Part shown: positions 13,801-27,771 of the stretch, in pieces
How the letters are laid out: each line of letters starts with the position of its first letter
Numbering within the stretch: the stretch's first letter is position 1
NCBI GenBank assembly: GCA_053919585.1
Contig: CM132785.1
Length of the DNA: 64,000 nt
DNA from: Euprymna scolopes
Lineage: Eukaryota
Reading direction: 5' to 3' (one strand)
Program-made: the position numbers and the translations under genes
The notes under the pieces: model-generated
Seen by the model: the letters and a program-made list of their open reading frames with translations, nothing else
The model's database searches: none
What the model was told of the DNA's origin: nothing

Positions 13801-14610
13801 AATGTGTTGGAGATGTAAAAATGGCGATTTTCGTAGTTAAATTGAAGTTTTTCCAAGGGGTGGAGGCTTGTAAGTGTTTATTATTGATTGGTATGCTCAA
13901 TTTTTATTGCTCTTTTATTGGGCTTGTCCAGGGAGACGCTGACCTGGCTGTAGTCGCTATCTCTTTCTGCTAATATTTTTTTTGTTNNNNNNNNNNNNNN
14001 NNNNNNNNNNNNNNNNNNNNNNNNNNNNNNNNNNNNNNNNNNNNNNNNNNNNNNNNNNNNNNNNNNNNNNNNNNNNNNNNNNNNNNNNNNNNNNNNNNNN
14101 NNNNNNNNNNNNNNNNNNNNNNNNNNNGGAATGTGTATATTGTTTTATAGTATTTGGGGGTTATTTGCTTCCTTAGGAAGGCGGCTGTGGTCCGAGGTCG
14201 TTACTAATGTGTATGTGTGGGGAGGGGGGACTGGCTCTTCTGAAATAAGGGTAGGGGTGCTTTCATTCTATTTTGATATTTATTTTTTGGATTCTTGGAT
14301 TTTAGTATTGTGATTTTTCGTTTTAGTCTTTTCGGGTATTCCTTATATTATGTTTGTTTAGAAAGAGGGGTGTATTTAAAATAGGGGATTTTTTAATTTT
14401 TCTATTTATTTGTCTCCCCATGTGGGTATGGCTAGACCCAGGATCGGTTCCTAGTGTGGGGAAGATTTATATATATAGTTTAATAGACAGGGTCTAAATG
14501 AGCAAAGTCTCAGTAAAATATATTGAAAGGTGATGTGCTCTATTGCAGTTATGATAAGTTCAGTAGGTGTAATTCATTTGACACACTTTCAATATATATA
14601 TATTTTTTTT

Positions 14611-14650
<40 letters not shown>

Positions 14651-14974
14651 GTGTGTATACATTTAGCTATGTAGTAAAACTAAAGTGTAGAGCTCAATAG
14701 TATTATATTTTATTTCTGGAACGGTTATAAAGATGTTTTCCGACAGAAAAAAACACAAAATCTATAATCAAAAGCCAAACTAGTTTTTTTATCTAAAAAA
14801 AAATACGGTCGTTTCATTATAATTACTACAAATCAGACATTCATGAAGAAAAACTCAATCTTTTTTCTTTTTAATCTTTAACTACGAGTTAGATGTGATT
14901 ATTGTTATGTTGATATTCCCTTTCGTTTATAATGGTTATTCTAATCGTATTATTATTTCCTCATTTATGATCTT

Positions 14975-16750
14975 CCGTTATAAATATGCAGACCAAACAA
15001 GGCACTGTGCACTTAGATGTAAGAGGCAACTATTTGGGACAAAATTTTTAGATATACCATGAAGGGGGTTAAGCAGTAAGATGTTTGTTCACATTACACT
15101 TGAACTCCTGGATATCAGTGTAGTCAAGGAAGCAAGGACCCCAAAGGAAATGCCTAAGTCTTGCAGGTCGCGGGAAGAAACTATTTCAGTAGAAGGCTCT
15201 CAAGCATCTAATGATCTCTACAGTGTAAGGGTGGAATTTTGCTGTTTGTCAGCTTAGATGGGGATATTTACATCGAGGTGATACAATGGCATGGATTCTG
15301 TCAGAGTACTTTTCATTAAAATACTTGTAAAAACTTATTTATAGGGATGCGAGATTTTGTCGATGAGACAGAGATTGAAGTTTGGTTGACATTGCAGGAT
15401 CTATTTGGTTGGCAATTCTTTTTGGAAGCCTGTCTAAGAGTGAAAAACTAGTTGCAGATGCACCAGCCAAAATGTGGTAACAACACTCCATGCATGGGCG
15501 AATGGTGACTTTGTAGATGTATATGATACTCTCAGGCGTAAATAATTTTCTAGCACAATAGAAAGAACCCACCTTCTTTGCAGCAGCCTTGGCAATGCTC
15601 TCGATGTAAGCTGAGTTTAAACGAAGAGGTTTCAGGTAGAGTATCATTAGCCATGGCTATGCGTGGTTGAGAAAGTATCTTGTAATTATTAAAGGAAAGA
15701 TTAGTCTTGGCATCATTGAATGTTACCATCTATTTATGCCCTCCCCCGTTCCACTACAGACTGGAGGTCTTTCTTTAAAGTTTTAGCAATTTCCTTAGAT
15801 ATGCGTGGTCATTCGTTTTCCCCTTGGGTCTAGTATAAAGTGTGGTGCCATTCGCAAATATACTTTTTTTTTACAAGGAAGTCACCACTTATCAAGGTCC
15901 GGAAGCCACTCGGGGATAAGGGTTATTGCGTGTACAGTAATCTCTTAGATTATCTCTTATCTCGGAGACAATCTTACCAAGGGAGTCATGAATAAGAAGA
16001 ATGATAAAGGTCCAAGAATCGATCCCTGAGGCATTTATCCATGTTGTTTTGGCGTACAAACATTAAAGACAACTTGGATTTTTCTCTTATTTAAGAAAGT
16101 TTTAATTGTGTTAAGTATTCGTCCAATAATACCATATGACTAAATCTTAACGAGAAGACCATCATCTCATACCCTGCGAAAGGCCTTAGATATATCATGG
16201 GCTTCTGCCCTAGTCTCCTCTGCCTGATTCAGGACATGGTATATTCGTTCAGAGATTACAGTTAGGATATCTGCAGTAGAAGGGGCTTGCTTAAATTTAT
16301 ACTGCTAGTCAGAAAGAAGTTTAGTATCTAATAGGTGGTGGACTAGTGCTTGATTAATTAAGGATTCGGATATTTTGGTGAAGAGAGTGAGGATGCTAAT
16401 GGAGCGACAATTTAGTAGGTCAGTTTTTGCACCAAAATTCTTGTAAACAGGTACAATAGAACCAATTTTCCAGCATTCAGGAAAGCAAGATTTTAAAGGA
16501 CTTGGTCAACCTCAGTGGGACATTCTTTGAATAGTATAGCCGGGATGAGATCAAATCCACGTGTTTGAGGTGTCTAGTTTTTAATAACATCACGAACTTT
16601 GGAAAAGTTGATTTCTGATCACTGAGTGTGGTTTTCTGAGTCCAAAGTAGAGTTGGGGGTAAGCTGTCGGACAAACAGGTTAACCTCGGTTGCCGTGCAA
16701 AAAACTTCAAGGTTATTAGATAGTAGGGATAATTGCTGATTGGCCATTAC
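14975..16750 (-). mobile_element. Decayed CR1/Jockey-group LINE (family B), RT domain to 3' end
   Basis: Frameshifted RT motifs WKIGSIVPVYK, RSISILTLFTKISE, DISKAF, PQGSILGP, IFANGTTLY (degenerate FADD) and YKVTIRPCMECCYHILAGA. Confidence 0.92.
15864..15939 (-). mobile_element. 76-bp 3'-end-only copy of LINE family A nested in the family B element
   Basis: Near-identical to 919-993 (poly(T)-ACAAGGARGTCACCACTTATCAAGG..GATAAGGGTTATTGCRTGTACAGTA). Confidence 0.9.
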
Positions 16751-16886
16751 ATAAAATTTATAAATTTCATAAGAAAAAGAAAATTATGTGCGTATAAATT
16801 CTCGTTTATTATTTCTTTAATACTTTTCCTATTTTAATCATTTTGTTAAACGATCACTGCATAATATATCACTGTCAACATTAGCT

Positions 16887-16935
<49 letters not shown>

Positions 16936-17869
16936 CTACCCTACTGTCGTAAAGGTTTGTCGTATGTTTATTGCTATTGTCGGTGAGCTATGAATATGTA
17001 TTTGATATAAGACATGACATCAAAATTTAAATTTTTAGTACAGAAATTTAAGCTAATACGTTATAAGATTACTATGTCAAAACAGGAAGTAATATAAACC
17101 TTCAGTTCAATTTGGAATTTATGTGAACGTAAAAAAACGGACATGGTTTACGTGACAAGCAATAAAAACAACTTTATGTTTAGAGTTGTTTTACATCAGA
17201 GTATTAGAGACAGCTTTCAGTGGGTATCCTAAGCAGAGAAGTCCGCCGGTAAACTATTTGTACAAGAAAATTTATTTAGGAACCTTTATATAAAGGTATA
17301 ATGGAGGTCGATTGTTGGTTGATGATATTTACGTTGATAGGTTACAACAATGACAAATTCGTTAGAGAACATTCCGTTAAAATATCTGTAAAACAAGGAG
17401 AGGTGTGAAACGTTATGGTGATAGAGCAGGGGGCTAATGCTTGGTAGACAGTATGGGATTTATTAGGTTGGAAACTAAAACAATGTGCATATGAAAACGT
17501 ATGTATGAATATGCGTATTTTATTATATAATTGTATACCTTAGAGACATTAGATTAATCACCGATCACTTTATTTGCTGATCGAATGATCTTATTTTTTT
17601 AAATGTGTATTAAAAGGTGATAACATACGTACGAAAATAATGTCTTAGCATATTATTTACAGCATTTTTGTTTTTACTGAATGTCAAATTAGTGTATTAA
17701 TACATCTATAATAACATATTTGTTTTTATTACATTATACCTTACTAAGAACATTTTATCCTCGAGCATAATCCCTTTCTTTCGTCGTCTTAATCACTTTT
17801 AAAGTCCAGACAAAACTATAGATTCTTCATATTAAACCCACCTTGTGACTAACTTTGTGCTTATGACAA

Positions 17870-18088
17870 GTTCTCAATTGAGCGTCAATTTCTCTCCCTA
17901 AAAACATTCACAGTAATAATTTGTCAAGCTACAATCACGGTAAAGAATTCCTCTCTGTACCTAAAATTAGACAAAACTTCCATGAGCAAAGTTTATTTTC
18001 AAGAGATTTGTGAAACACATTGCTATGAGATTGCTTTCATGCAGACTACAACGAGTTCATTATCAATAAATACTTGTCGACCCGCCCT
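17870..18088 (+). mobile_element. Old 3' fragment of LINE family A
   Basis: LSVPKIRQNFHEQSLF compared with LSVPKSKRKFHEHSFF in ORF 1028-1804. Confidence 0.7.
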
Positions 18089-18282
18089 GTTAAAAGAAAC
18101 GATTGGGTCTCAATCTCAGCTTTCTTCTCTAGCCACACTGAAGAGCTGTAATACGAAGAAACACTGTAAATTAGGTAATACTATCCGTTGAAAGAAACGA
18201 TCGGGTCTTAATCTCAGCTTGCTTCTCTAGCCACAATGAAGAGTGTGATACGGAGACACACTAGTTTCGGTAATACTATCCG
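18089..18282 (+). repeat. Tandem dimer of a ~98-bp unit
   Basis: GTTRAAAGAAACGATYGGGTCT..GGTAATACTATCCG present twice (starts 18089 and 18187). Confidence 0.9.
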
Positions 18283-20132
18283 ACCGCATCTCTAGGTATA
18301 TATCTAATTGACCTCAAATCAAATCAATGGCTACTGATATATATGATAGTAAAATTAATTCTCTGAGGATCTTAAATAAATTTTATAATCACCATATTTT
18401 AAATAAAAATACACATGATGGTCCGCTTAAATCAGAGTCGATGAAGGTATCCTATGTGATAGGTTCAGTGAGGCAGGTAGTAAGAAAGGCAAGGCATGGG
18501 AGGACTGATAGTATATGTAAGGCAGGCCTCGTAATGAAACACAGAGCTGCTGACCATGGCTGAAATCCAGTGCACTCTATGCGAACCTCCCTCTCCCGAC
18601 TGACATTGTGTCTTCAGCTATTTCAGTTATGATTTTATACATATATAAAGAACAAAGAGATTAAGGAAGAGAGCAATAGAGGAGGTGAGAGAGGGCGAAA
18701 TATAGATAGATAGAGATGAAGATAAGCAGAAAGATACGTGTCATTTAAACGATATCTTTGTTGAACCATACTTCTCATCACGAACATAAACTTTGTGTCA
18801 TTATTAAAAAACCAATGTAGACTCTGATCCCACCTGGTCACTTATTTTTAGAGTGGCTACACATTCTCCGTGAGCGACAATTTCGTTTATTTGCTTATTG
18901 TTTCATTTTCATTTCAATCTGACATCCCCGGACGTATAGCATATTTGCTGCTAAGTTTGGTTAAAATTAGTTTCTAAGTTTATAATAAACAAACAGACGC
19001 ACAGACAAGGTATGAACCTTTAATTTCTCTCCTCAGTTATGCATAAGCATAAAGTAATGACGACTGATATGCATTAAAACTCAAAGTCATCTATTTAATT
19101 TTATTAACTATTTTAAATCTCCAGTTAAATAGGTTTTATGAAAAAGATTAGAGGATCAGAAAAGTAATGAAATGATCAACTTGCTGAAATTCGATGAAAT
19201 GGTGATAATAAGCAGGACACTTTTGGGAGATGATTTATACAGAGTGGTGGCAGGCTACTTTTTTATTTATTAGATATTGTGCAAAAAGAGCCAAGCTTGA
19301 AGATGCCTTAATTTCAGACTCATTTCGTTTTATTGTGCCAAGAGACGCACCATTAAGCTATTTCTAAAAGGGAAATATTAAGGTATCTTAGGAGAACCTT
19401 TTCTTAATTCACTAAAAATGGATAGTAAGTCGTAGTTTATTCCTGGTTCATGAAGTACACGCACTGGTGTAGAAGTTACAATTTAGGTTGGCGTGTTTTT
19501 TGGCCTTGATCCAGGTTTTTCACCTTGCTGAGAATTCCTTAATAAACAGACCTTATGTCAATTCTGTGCTCACACGGAGGCGGTTAAATGCTTACGTTTG
19601 CATAGATATATCTATAACTCCACCCTAAATTTAACCTACATTTTCATATTTCGGTAAATAACTGTAGATAGAAGATGTTGAATTTCGAGGAGTTATCACC
19701 AAATATCTAATAAATATTTTGTGTGCACTTTTACAGAGTTAATTCGTGTTGACTTTATTACTCAAACCAAGAAAAACGTTTCTGAACCTGTCGTTTCCTG
19801 ATTGATAAACGTTTCTCTAATCTCAAGATGAGAAAAAATGTGGTCTCAATGCATACGGAAATTATCGGGTCAAATATTGTTCATGTTGTTATTGGCTTTC
19901 ATGTAGGAAGACAAACTATCAAACTGTTTTTTTATTACCTTAGAAATACACCTTTACGAATCATGACAAACAAACAAAAACATAGAATTTGCTTATATAA
20001 GGTGAATTAAGGGCACCCTATTTCACCGGAAAAGATTAACACAGATAGGATTTTCTGCTTTTTTGTTTAGCAAATATTATTATAATTATATTTGCCTCTC
20101 ATTTTCCACGCTTTATATATATATATATATAT

Positions 20133-22260
20133 AAAGGCAGAAAATCCTATCTGTGTTAATCTTTTCCGCTGAAATAGACCAGCAAACGTGATGAACCTGA
20201 ACAAAAACTCAAGACCTGTGTCACTGAAGAACAAAACACAGAACGCCAGCACCGACTTAACGATAACTTCGAACACCCCCATCGAATCAAAATTCATAAA
20301 AAATTTAAACTAGTTATACAAAGGAACAATCGTACTCCCAAACCACACACAACACTAAATCAACCTATCGGACAACGACCTCACCGAGCACTAATTTCTA
20401 AACCTCGGACCAAACTGCCACCTAACTCGTTCAAACACCAAAACAAAAAAGCGGAAATCGAATAATTATATAAAAACATTACCCAACTCGAAGCGGACAA
20501 CAAAATCACCACCCACTCCGGTTTACGCGATCTTCTAAAATCTGCATCCATTAACAACCGACACAACAAACAAAATTCCAACTCAACATAAACCCTCTCA
20601 GCCTAAAAAAAGGCCTTCTTTGAACTCCACATCACCCCAAAATCATGATTCAAAAAAGCCGAAAAAACAAATATATTGGCAGTATTAAATAAATCCGACT
20701 ACCATAAAAAAAAACTTCAAACTATCCTCGACGACTGCCCAAATTAAAAAGAATTCAACAACAACCCAACGAATGTAATAAAAACGCAAATCAACAGACT
20801 CATTGCCGTCAATAATGCCCAAATCGGGAATCACCAACTTCTGAAAATCATCGGTGACTACAAACCCGTATATCTATATGGAACCATCAAAATCCATAAA
20901 CCCAAATCTCTTTTCCGATCTATCATTTCACAAGTCACAATTCCAATCTATTCACTAACGAAAGTCCTACATTACATCATCAGTCCATACCTACCTTGCA
21001 AAATAGTGTAAAATCCACACAAGAACTCGTACAAATCCTTAAATCTAAACAACCCGACAACAAAATAATCGCCTCTTTTAATGTGGAAAGCGTATTTACA
21101 AACGTTTCCGTAAAAAAAAAACATTGACATAATCCTTGATAACAAATAGAAAACCTCATCCCTCCCTTCACTTAAAATTAACCAAAAATTACTTCTAGTC
21201 TGCACCACTGGAGTACTCTTCTATGACCACAAGGAGAATATTTCCACTCAAATAGATGGCATATCCACGGGTTCCATCCTTGGACACATCTTCAGTGAGT
21301 CTTACATGAGTCACTTCGAAAACCTGATACTCAATAAACCCTCTATTTATGTACGGTATGTAGACGATATCCTCCTTCTTGCAACAACCAACAAATCCTT
21401 ACACTTAAGGACCGTCTTCAAGACAACTCTGTACTCAAATTTACTGTAGAATTAAATGTTAATAGCAAAATTCATTTCCCCGACGTCCTTACTGACACTT
21501 CCAATAACACTTTTAGCACTTCCAACTACAAAAAACCTACCGGCTATAATTCTTGCCTTCTAAATTTCAAGAGCGAGTGCCTCCACTGTTACAAAATAGC
21601 TATCATCAAAAACATCCTCAACCGAGCAAAACTTATCTCTTCCAACAAAAAAATATTACTCAACGAACAAAAAACTATTAAACAAATCCTTATCTACAAC
21701 GGATTTCCAAATTATATTGTTGACCAACACATAAACTCAACGCTCTAGAAGTTAAACAACACCCCACTAACAGTAATACGCTACAACATCATAACTCTAA
21801 TACAATCAACCTATTCGACTGCAATCAAATAAATTCGGGCTTTAAGTTAGAAGAAATCGCTATAAAAACATCATCCATATATACATCTCCCCCGTTGTGA
21901 ACAATAACATTAGATTCATCATTTACTATAAAAAAAATTTAAACCCAAAACTTAGTTATTAAAAACAATCCCTCTCTTCCTCTAAAACCGATTGAACGCA
22001 CCGACGTCATCTATTAGTTTAAATGCCTCTTTGGAGAATGTAACTCTTATAACAACAATGCACCTAATAGTTACGTCGGCATACTACTACCTCATAATCC
22101 CGTCGCATCACCCGTCATAATGTTGAATCTAGTGCCATATTCCAACACTTACATAAAATACATCACTGCTCCCCCTGAAATTTCAGATAAATTTTTATCA
22201 ACAACACAAAAATTCCACACCACGAAACAAATTTTAAGACTATTTAAATAAATCTACCCA
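20133..22260 (+). mobile_element. Near full-length decayed Penelope-like retroelement (RT + GIY-YIG endonuclease)
   Basis: Frameshifted motifs INLSD..FLNLGPN, YLYGTIKIHKP..RSIIS, ASFNVESVFTNV, QIDGISTGSILG, YVRYVDDI (21348-21371), YKKPT, NGFPNYIVD, VIY*FKC..SYVG (22006-22080); preceded by (TA)n. Confidence 0.93.
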
Positions 22261-22701
22261 TAATTCCCAGCGAGCCTCTCGCACAAATTCATGAAAATGT
22301 ATAAATAAGTAAACGAAAAATTAACAGTTAAAAAACCGCGGACACGTTGAGAAGAAAGAATGCTTGAACCATAAATCCATACCTTCGACGTATATACAAA
22401 ATGATGTTACGAAAAATTTAAAAAATAAAAAAGGTATTACAAAATAGAAGCTTTCTCTTGNNNNNNNNNNNNNNNNNNNNNNNNNNNNNNNNNNNNNNNN
22501 NNNNNNNNNNNNNNNNNNNNNNNNNNNNNNNNNNNNNNNNNNNNNNNNNNNNNNNNNNNNNNNNNNNNNNNNNNNNNNNNNNNNNNNNNNNNNNNNNNNN
22601 NNNNNNNNNNNNNNNNNNAATATTGTTCCTTAGATTTTAAGCAAGAGTGTGGACCCAGTTTAAAAGTACTGGGTTTTCTTAAGTTTTAATAAAAATGCCT
22701 A

Positions 22702-23300
22702 TACAAGCTGCCTTCTATAAGTTTCCAAACTTTTTTCGTATGAGCACTTTTATTGATAGTACACACACGAAACTCTACTCTATTCGAAGTAATCTCCTGC
22801 TGAAATGTACTTTACCGTTCAAACAACTTCTGGAATGTCAACGACCCTTGTCCTAGCTTCTTTCATCTCATTAATTGTCTCTAAGGTTATTTTTTGAGCT
22901 TAGAGAATAAGCAAAAGTCATGGGGGCAAGGTCTGAACTACAGGGAGGGTGAGGAACTATCTTGATGCCCATCTTAATCAAATAGTCTGTATCAAGGCTA
23001 GAGTTGTGGGCTTGTGCATTGTCCTGGTGAAAGTTCCACTGACCCGATTTGAAGAGTGCTGGCCTCTTCTGAGGAATTTTTTTCCTGAACTCCCTTGAAA
23101 CGTCAACATAGTATTCCTTTTTGACTGTCTGCCCAGTAGAACCCAGTGCGCGTAAATCATGCTCGTGTTGTCACGAAAAAAAGAATCGTCATAAGTTTCT
23201 GGGTGGAGTTACTCTGTCTGACCAAGAAGGCCAGACAGAGCAACTCCACCTAGAAGCATACTGTTTGAATGTTTGTGTAAAGCGACTTCAAACTTGGATA
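22702..23300 (-). mobile_element. Mariner transposase fragment (catalytic region and right end)
   Basis: GQTVKKEYYVDV..KRPALFKSGQWNFHQDNAQAHNS..KMGIKIVPHPPCSSDLAP; TIR-like TA-CAAGCTGCCTTCTATAAGTTTCC at 22702. Confidence 0.9.
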
Positions 23301-23597
23301 TGATAGACATCATCACTACCCTTGGTAGGCTGTTTCTTTTTCACAGAATTGAAACATGAATAGAGTATATTGTCTTTCTTCTTGAGAGACGAAAGCGACT
23401 ATGGTATATCTTTTGTTGGGACTCATGAAGGGAATGGAAATGTATTATTACAATTACTTATTATTTATTACTTATAATATTACTTATAATATATTATTAC
23501 ATTACTTATTACAATTTTATCGTTTTTAAATCCAATGTTAGTAAAATATTGCTATCATAAGAATGAATGAAATTTTATTAGGTTTTAGAATCCATAC

Positions 23598-24550
23598 TTA
23601 TATTTCAAATGGTGAAAGTGCACTGTGGGAACTTCTTTTAAGAAGTTGATTTTGATTGCTATTCAACTGTTTACAGGTGTATTCGGGTCTGCTGCGAACA
23701 AATATAATAGTTTATTTTGTCGCTGACAAGAATTATTTGCAAAAGTAAAACATTCACTAGTCCGTGGTTATTAGTATAGTTATTTATCTGGCCGCCATTT
23801 TTTTAAACTTTCGTGTACGGCTGTGAAGTGAGTGCGCATGCGCAGAAAATTGCAGTTATTGCAGTAGACGGAATAGACAACCCCAACCTCCCTATGTTAA
23901 GAACGGGTTTCAGAATAGACTCACCCAACCTCCTCATGTTAAGAACGGCTTTCGGAAGACGCCCCAACCTCCTCATGTTAAGAACGGCTTTCGAAACAGA
24001 CACCTCCAACCTTCCCATATTTAGAACAGCTTTCAGAATAAACACCCTGACCTCCCCATGTTAAGAACGGCTTTCGGAATAAACATCCCCAACCTCGTCA
24101 GCATACTCTTAAACCTAGAAAAGTTGATATGTCGAATGTGAACGGCGAGTTGGACGTAAAACGCAACGAACGTTAATTTTCGGTCCACTTTTAAAACAAC
24201 CGTAAAACAGAGCGTTCTCTGCAAATTTTACCCCCCAAAACGTCCTTAACCCTTTTCTTTTTTGGTTGTTTAGAAAAAATATGTACCATAACCCTTTTTC
24301 TTTGTTTAAAAAAATGAATAAATAAAAAATATGGCGGCCATTGCACAAAAGCTATTGTAGAAAGCATTGGATTTTTACGGTGTTACTATTTACATTATTC
24401 TTTTCAGCGAGAATTTAAAATGTTATATATTTGTTCGCAGCAGACCCGAATACACCTGTAAACAGTTGAATAGCAAAAAATAAATAAATAAACTTCTTAA
24501 AGGTAAATCTTCGGGTGGTCCCCCCATGTGAATTTCACACTTCAAATATT
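23598..24550. mobile_element. Foldback/MITE-like DNA element with long inverted arms and an internal minisatellite
   Basis: 51-bp perfect inverted repeat 23656-23706 / 24426-24476; inner inverted GGCCGCCATTTTT / AAAAATATGGCGGCC; imperfect outer extensions. Confidence 0.85.
23881..24110. repeat. ~39-42 bp tandem repeat, about 6 units
   Basis: Unit CCCAACCTCCYCATGTTAAGAACGGCTTTCRGAATARACAC. Confidence 0.92.
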
Positions 24551-25739
24551 ATTGACATCAGAGCATAGTCGTGGAATAAAAACTATATGACTCTTCTAGC
24601 CCTCCTCTATCTAAAGGGGCGAAAAGCCAGAACCTAAAATACTTACATGCAATCAAACATATACAACTACGGTGAAAACTGTGAGAAAATAGAGTTCTTA
24701 TTTACTTGCTTCCCAACAGGAGCTGAGTTAGACAGAAGGGTTGTTGTTAATGCAGAGAAAATTTGTCTACCCCTAAAAGGGGCATCTCGGAGTAGGACAA
24801 AAGTTAAAATTTCCTCAATCTAGAACGACCAAAAAAGATTGACCAAAAGCGGAAAATACTAATTGTAGCATCAAGTCAGAATTTACACTTTGAATTATTT
24901 ATTTGCTATAAGGTACAAAAATACAATGTAATAAATTAAACCTCATCAAAAGTGTGAGGAAATTCTCTAACCTATAATCATTGCTTAATATTGGCATTTC
25001 TGATTTTTAGATTAAGTATTTTTGCTATTAGTATGGCATGCTTTAATTTATGCGTTGCTTTTCTAACCACATGCTGTGTTGATTCAAAAGGAACCAGAAT
25101 AGCATCAGAAATAACATGAAAGAGCGTCTCCCGTAGAGAGTTTTGTGAAATTATGTGTTCTAAAGAAGCTAATTGGAATTTCAAAATGATGCCGCTTACA
25201 TATACACCAAGTATATAATGATTCAAAATAATAAGAAGATCGAGTTTTGTGAAACTGCGTTTCAATCTATGCCCCTCCTCTATAAACAATTCAAAAGAAA
25301 AACTCGTATATCTACAATCACCTTCAACAGTTTTCTTTTTTAATGGGAATATTGTTTTCTTTTTCGCATAGAATATTATGTTGAACACCAGGTCGAGACG
25401 AAGTTAAAATTTGTTGAAAAGTTTCTAAAACTTTAGACCGCTGAAAAGTATGACACACACTTCTTTTGTATATGAATAAAAGAAAAGTTAAGCTTTATTT
25501 TTTCTTTGACATAAGTGTAACATGAAAGCGGTTTTGTTGGCAGCGCAACGAACCATGACCAAATAATATTATGTCAGCTTAATCTGTCTTTTTCAACCTC
25601 TATCTCTGTATGTATGTATGTATCTAACTTTAGCCATGTTAATTCTTTGCGAGCTATTATTTATTATACATGTAAGCACACATTCTACGTTTCTGTCTCT
25701 CTCTCTCACTTACTCTCTCTCTCTCTCTCTCTCTACCTA

Positions 25740-26015
25740 CCTACCTAAAACTAAACAAAACTTCCATGAGCAAAGTTTCTTTTCCTATAAAACACAATAG
25801 CACGAGACTACTTCTCAGATTAATACAGCATGGTAATTATGAAGGTCAATGTAAATAAATTCTTATTGAACCGCGCTCTTAAATAATCAAATCGTGGTTA
25901 ATCACCTCCATCATTGCCAATCATCTACAGTGTTATCTCATCGTCAATGTGACATTCATAAACTTTATCCTCGGGTTACTTTTCGACCTTAATAAGTGAT
26001 GACTCATTAGCAGAA
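25740..26015 (+). mobile_element. Old 3' fragment of LINE family A with its 3' UTR
   Basis: LPKTKQNFHEQSFF and degenerate tail AACTTTATCCTCGGGTTAC..GACCTTAATAAGTGATGACT..AAAAAA. Confidence 0.7.
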
Positions 26016-26839
26016 AAAAGGCTAATTGGAATTTCGCATTTGTTTTACCTCTTATTAGTTGGAAAGGAATGGATAGAATATGTAGAAGATTACTTGATTA
26101 TCCAAGAAGACGGCGCAACTAGTGTTTTGTTTCATTAGACGTGAAGACAACCATGTTGAAGTCTGTCGGGAAATAACTTCGGGGATGTTGCTGGTAAGAT
26201 GTATACCAATTATACAATGATTCAAAACAAGCTGGAGTTGAGGCAGCTTGTTCTCTGTTAATTGAGCTATGGTACTGTGCAGTTTTAGGAGCTCTACCAT
26301 CCCAGGCTTTGCCTTCTCACACTTTGTGAAGATATTAGTTTATTATTAATCGCCTGAGCATCTCCTACCGGTGAATATCGATGGTGTTGCGGGCCAGAGT
26401 GTTCTTCCTCTAGAGTGCTAGATTTTAACACTCACTTTCTCAATCTTGTATCACATCTTTCTGCCATGGGAGGGACATAAAAATTAATAAGATGAAGTAA
26501 AGAGAATAGCGGGTTTGAGAGATGAACTTACCGACTTTACTTTACAGTAACATGTCTAGTGGTATTTTGTTAGCTTTAATTAAACTAGTTTAGGGAGTCA
26601 AAGTTTATGAACAATCTATCTACGGTATCTATTCTGTAAATATTTACTGAGATTCTGACGTAAAATCGTACTACTTTAGCACTCAGCATTGTTTAAGCTG
26701 GCTCGCGAACAATTGTTTTATGACGAACGCCCTGGATATATTTGCTTAGTTTAATTAAACGTCACATTAAGTGAAGATCAAATTAACTATATTGACGAAG
26801 ATAATTTAGTTTATTTTTCATTTTATTATTTATTTTTTT

Positions 26840-27770
26840 TACATGTTTCCACTGGGGTTTAATAAATACCAGATTTGAGCAAGGCAACCTAAGTAGTGAG
26901 ATGTGTAGTAACATGTTTTATTACATTACAGTTAAATTCCTGCAAGTTGGTACAGTTGGGAAAACAGGGAGCAGAAATGTAATTTTTAAGAATAGCTGTT
27001 TTAGGAAAGACAACAGAAAAGTTTCCGGTATTAGAGACATATCGAGTAAGGGAGTAGGATTTTGTTGCTAATCGAATGCATCGGAAGTATTTTTGTTGAG
27101 TGTGTATAAGCGTAGGAATTTAACCAGAGTTTATTCTATGAAAGTACTTTTAAAACAAGTAGAGCGATGCCGCACTGCAGTGATGTGACAAGGACTTGAA
27201 CTTGGCAGACAGTGCAGAAACTGTTAGATTACAGACTCATTTTGCATTCTCTCCAAGAGAAAGACGCAATTTGTGCAGCATCCTAGATGTGGCAACAATA
27301 CTTCCTGCATGCGTGAATCGTGGATTTATAATGATATAGAATACTCAAAGATCTGAGACGTTTTCTAGCCCGGTAGAAGGAGCATACCTTCTCTTATAGC
27401 AGACTTTTAAAAGATGACTCAGTTTGAGAAAAGGCTACACAATGTGAACATTAAGTCATTTTAAATCAGTCGATGGAACAAAGGCACTGCTCCACTTCTG
27501 ATTGCAACATGGTCGTCTTTAAGTTCGGTGTTAATAAATACATGTCGAACTGTCCTCTAAAGGGATCAAATTATGTCATTTCCTCCAGCCGTTTTCAATC
27601 CGGTAATAATATTGTTCATCATCCAACTGGCAGTCTCATTCAGTTTTATTCTTGGCTTCGTTCTTGTATATTTTATCCTCGAATATATTTTGCCCTTGAT
27701 AAGTGGAGATTCATTAGTATTAGAAAACAAAAATGGGTTGTCAGAAAGGTACCAACTGTGTGAAAGATTT
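26840..27770 (-). mobile_element. Heavily decayed CR1/Jockey-group LINE (family B-like) 3' part
   Basis: Minus strand gives SFYRARKRL..ILYHYKSTIHACRKYCCHI and SLSHHCSAASL..KYFH. Confidence 0.75.
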
Positions 27771-27771
27771 C

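Noticed and set aside
23881-24110. CRISPR-like array
   Set aside because: Head-to-tail tandem units without unique spacers, no cas genes, eukaryotic context; the same applies to 62110-63920
24978-25388. 136-aa ORF
   Set aside because: AT-rich, non-ATG start, no motifs or splice support
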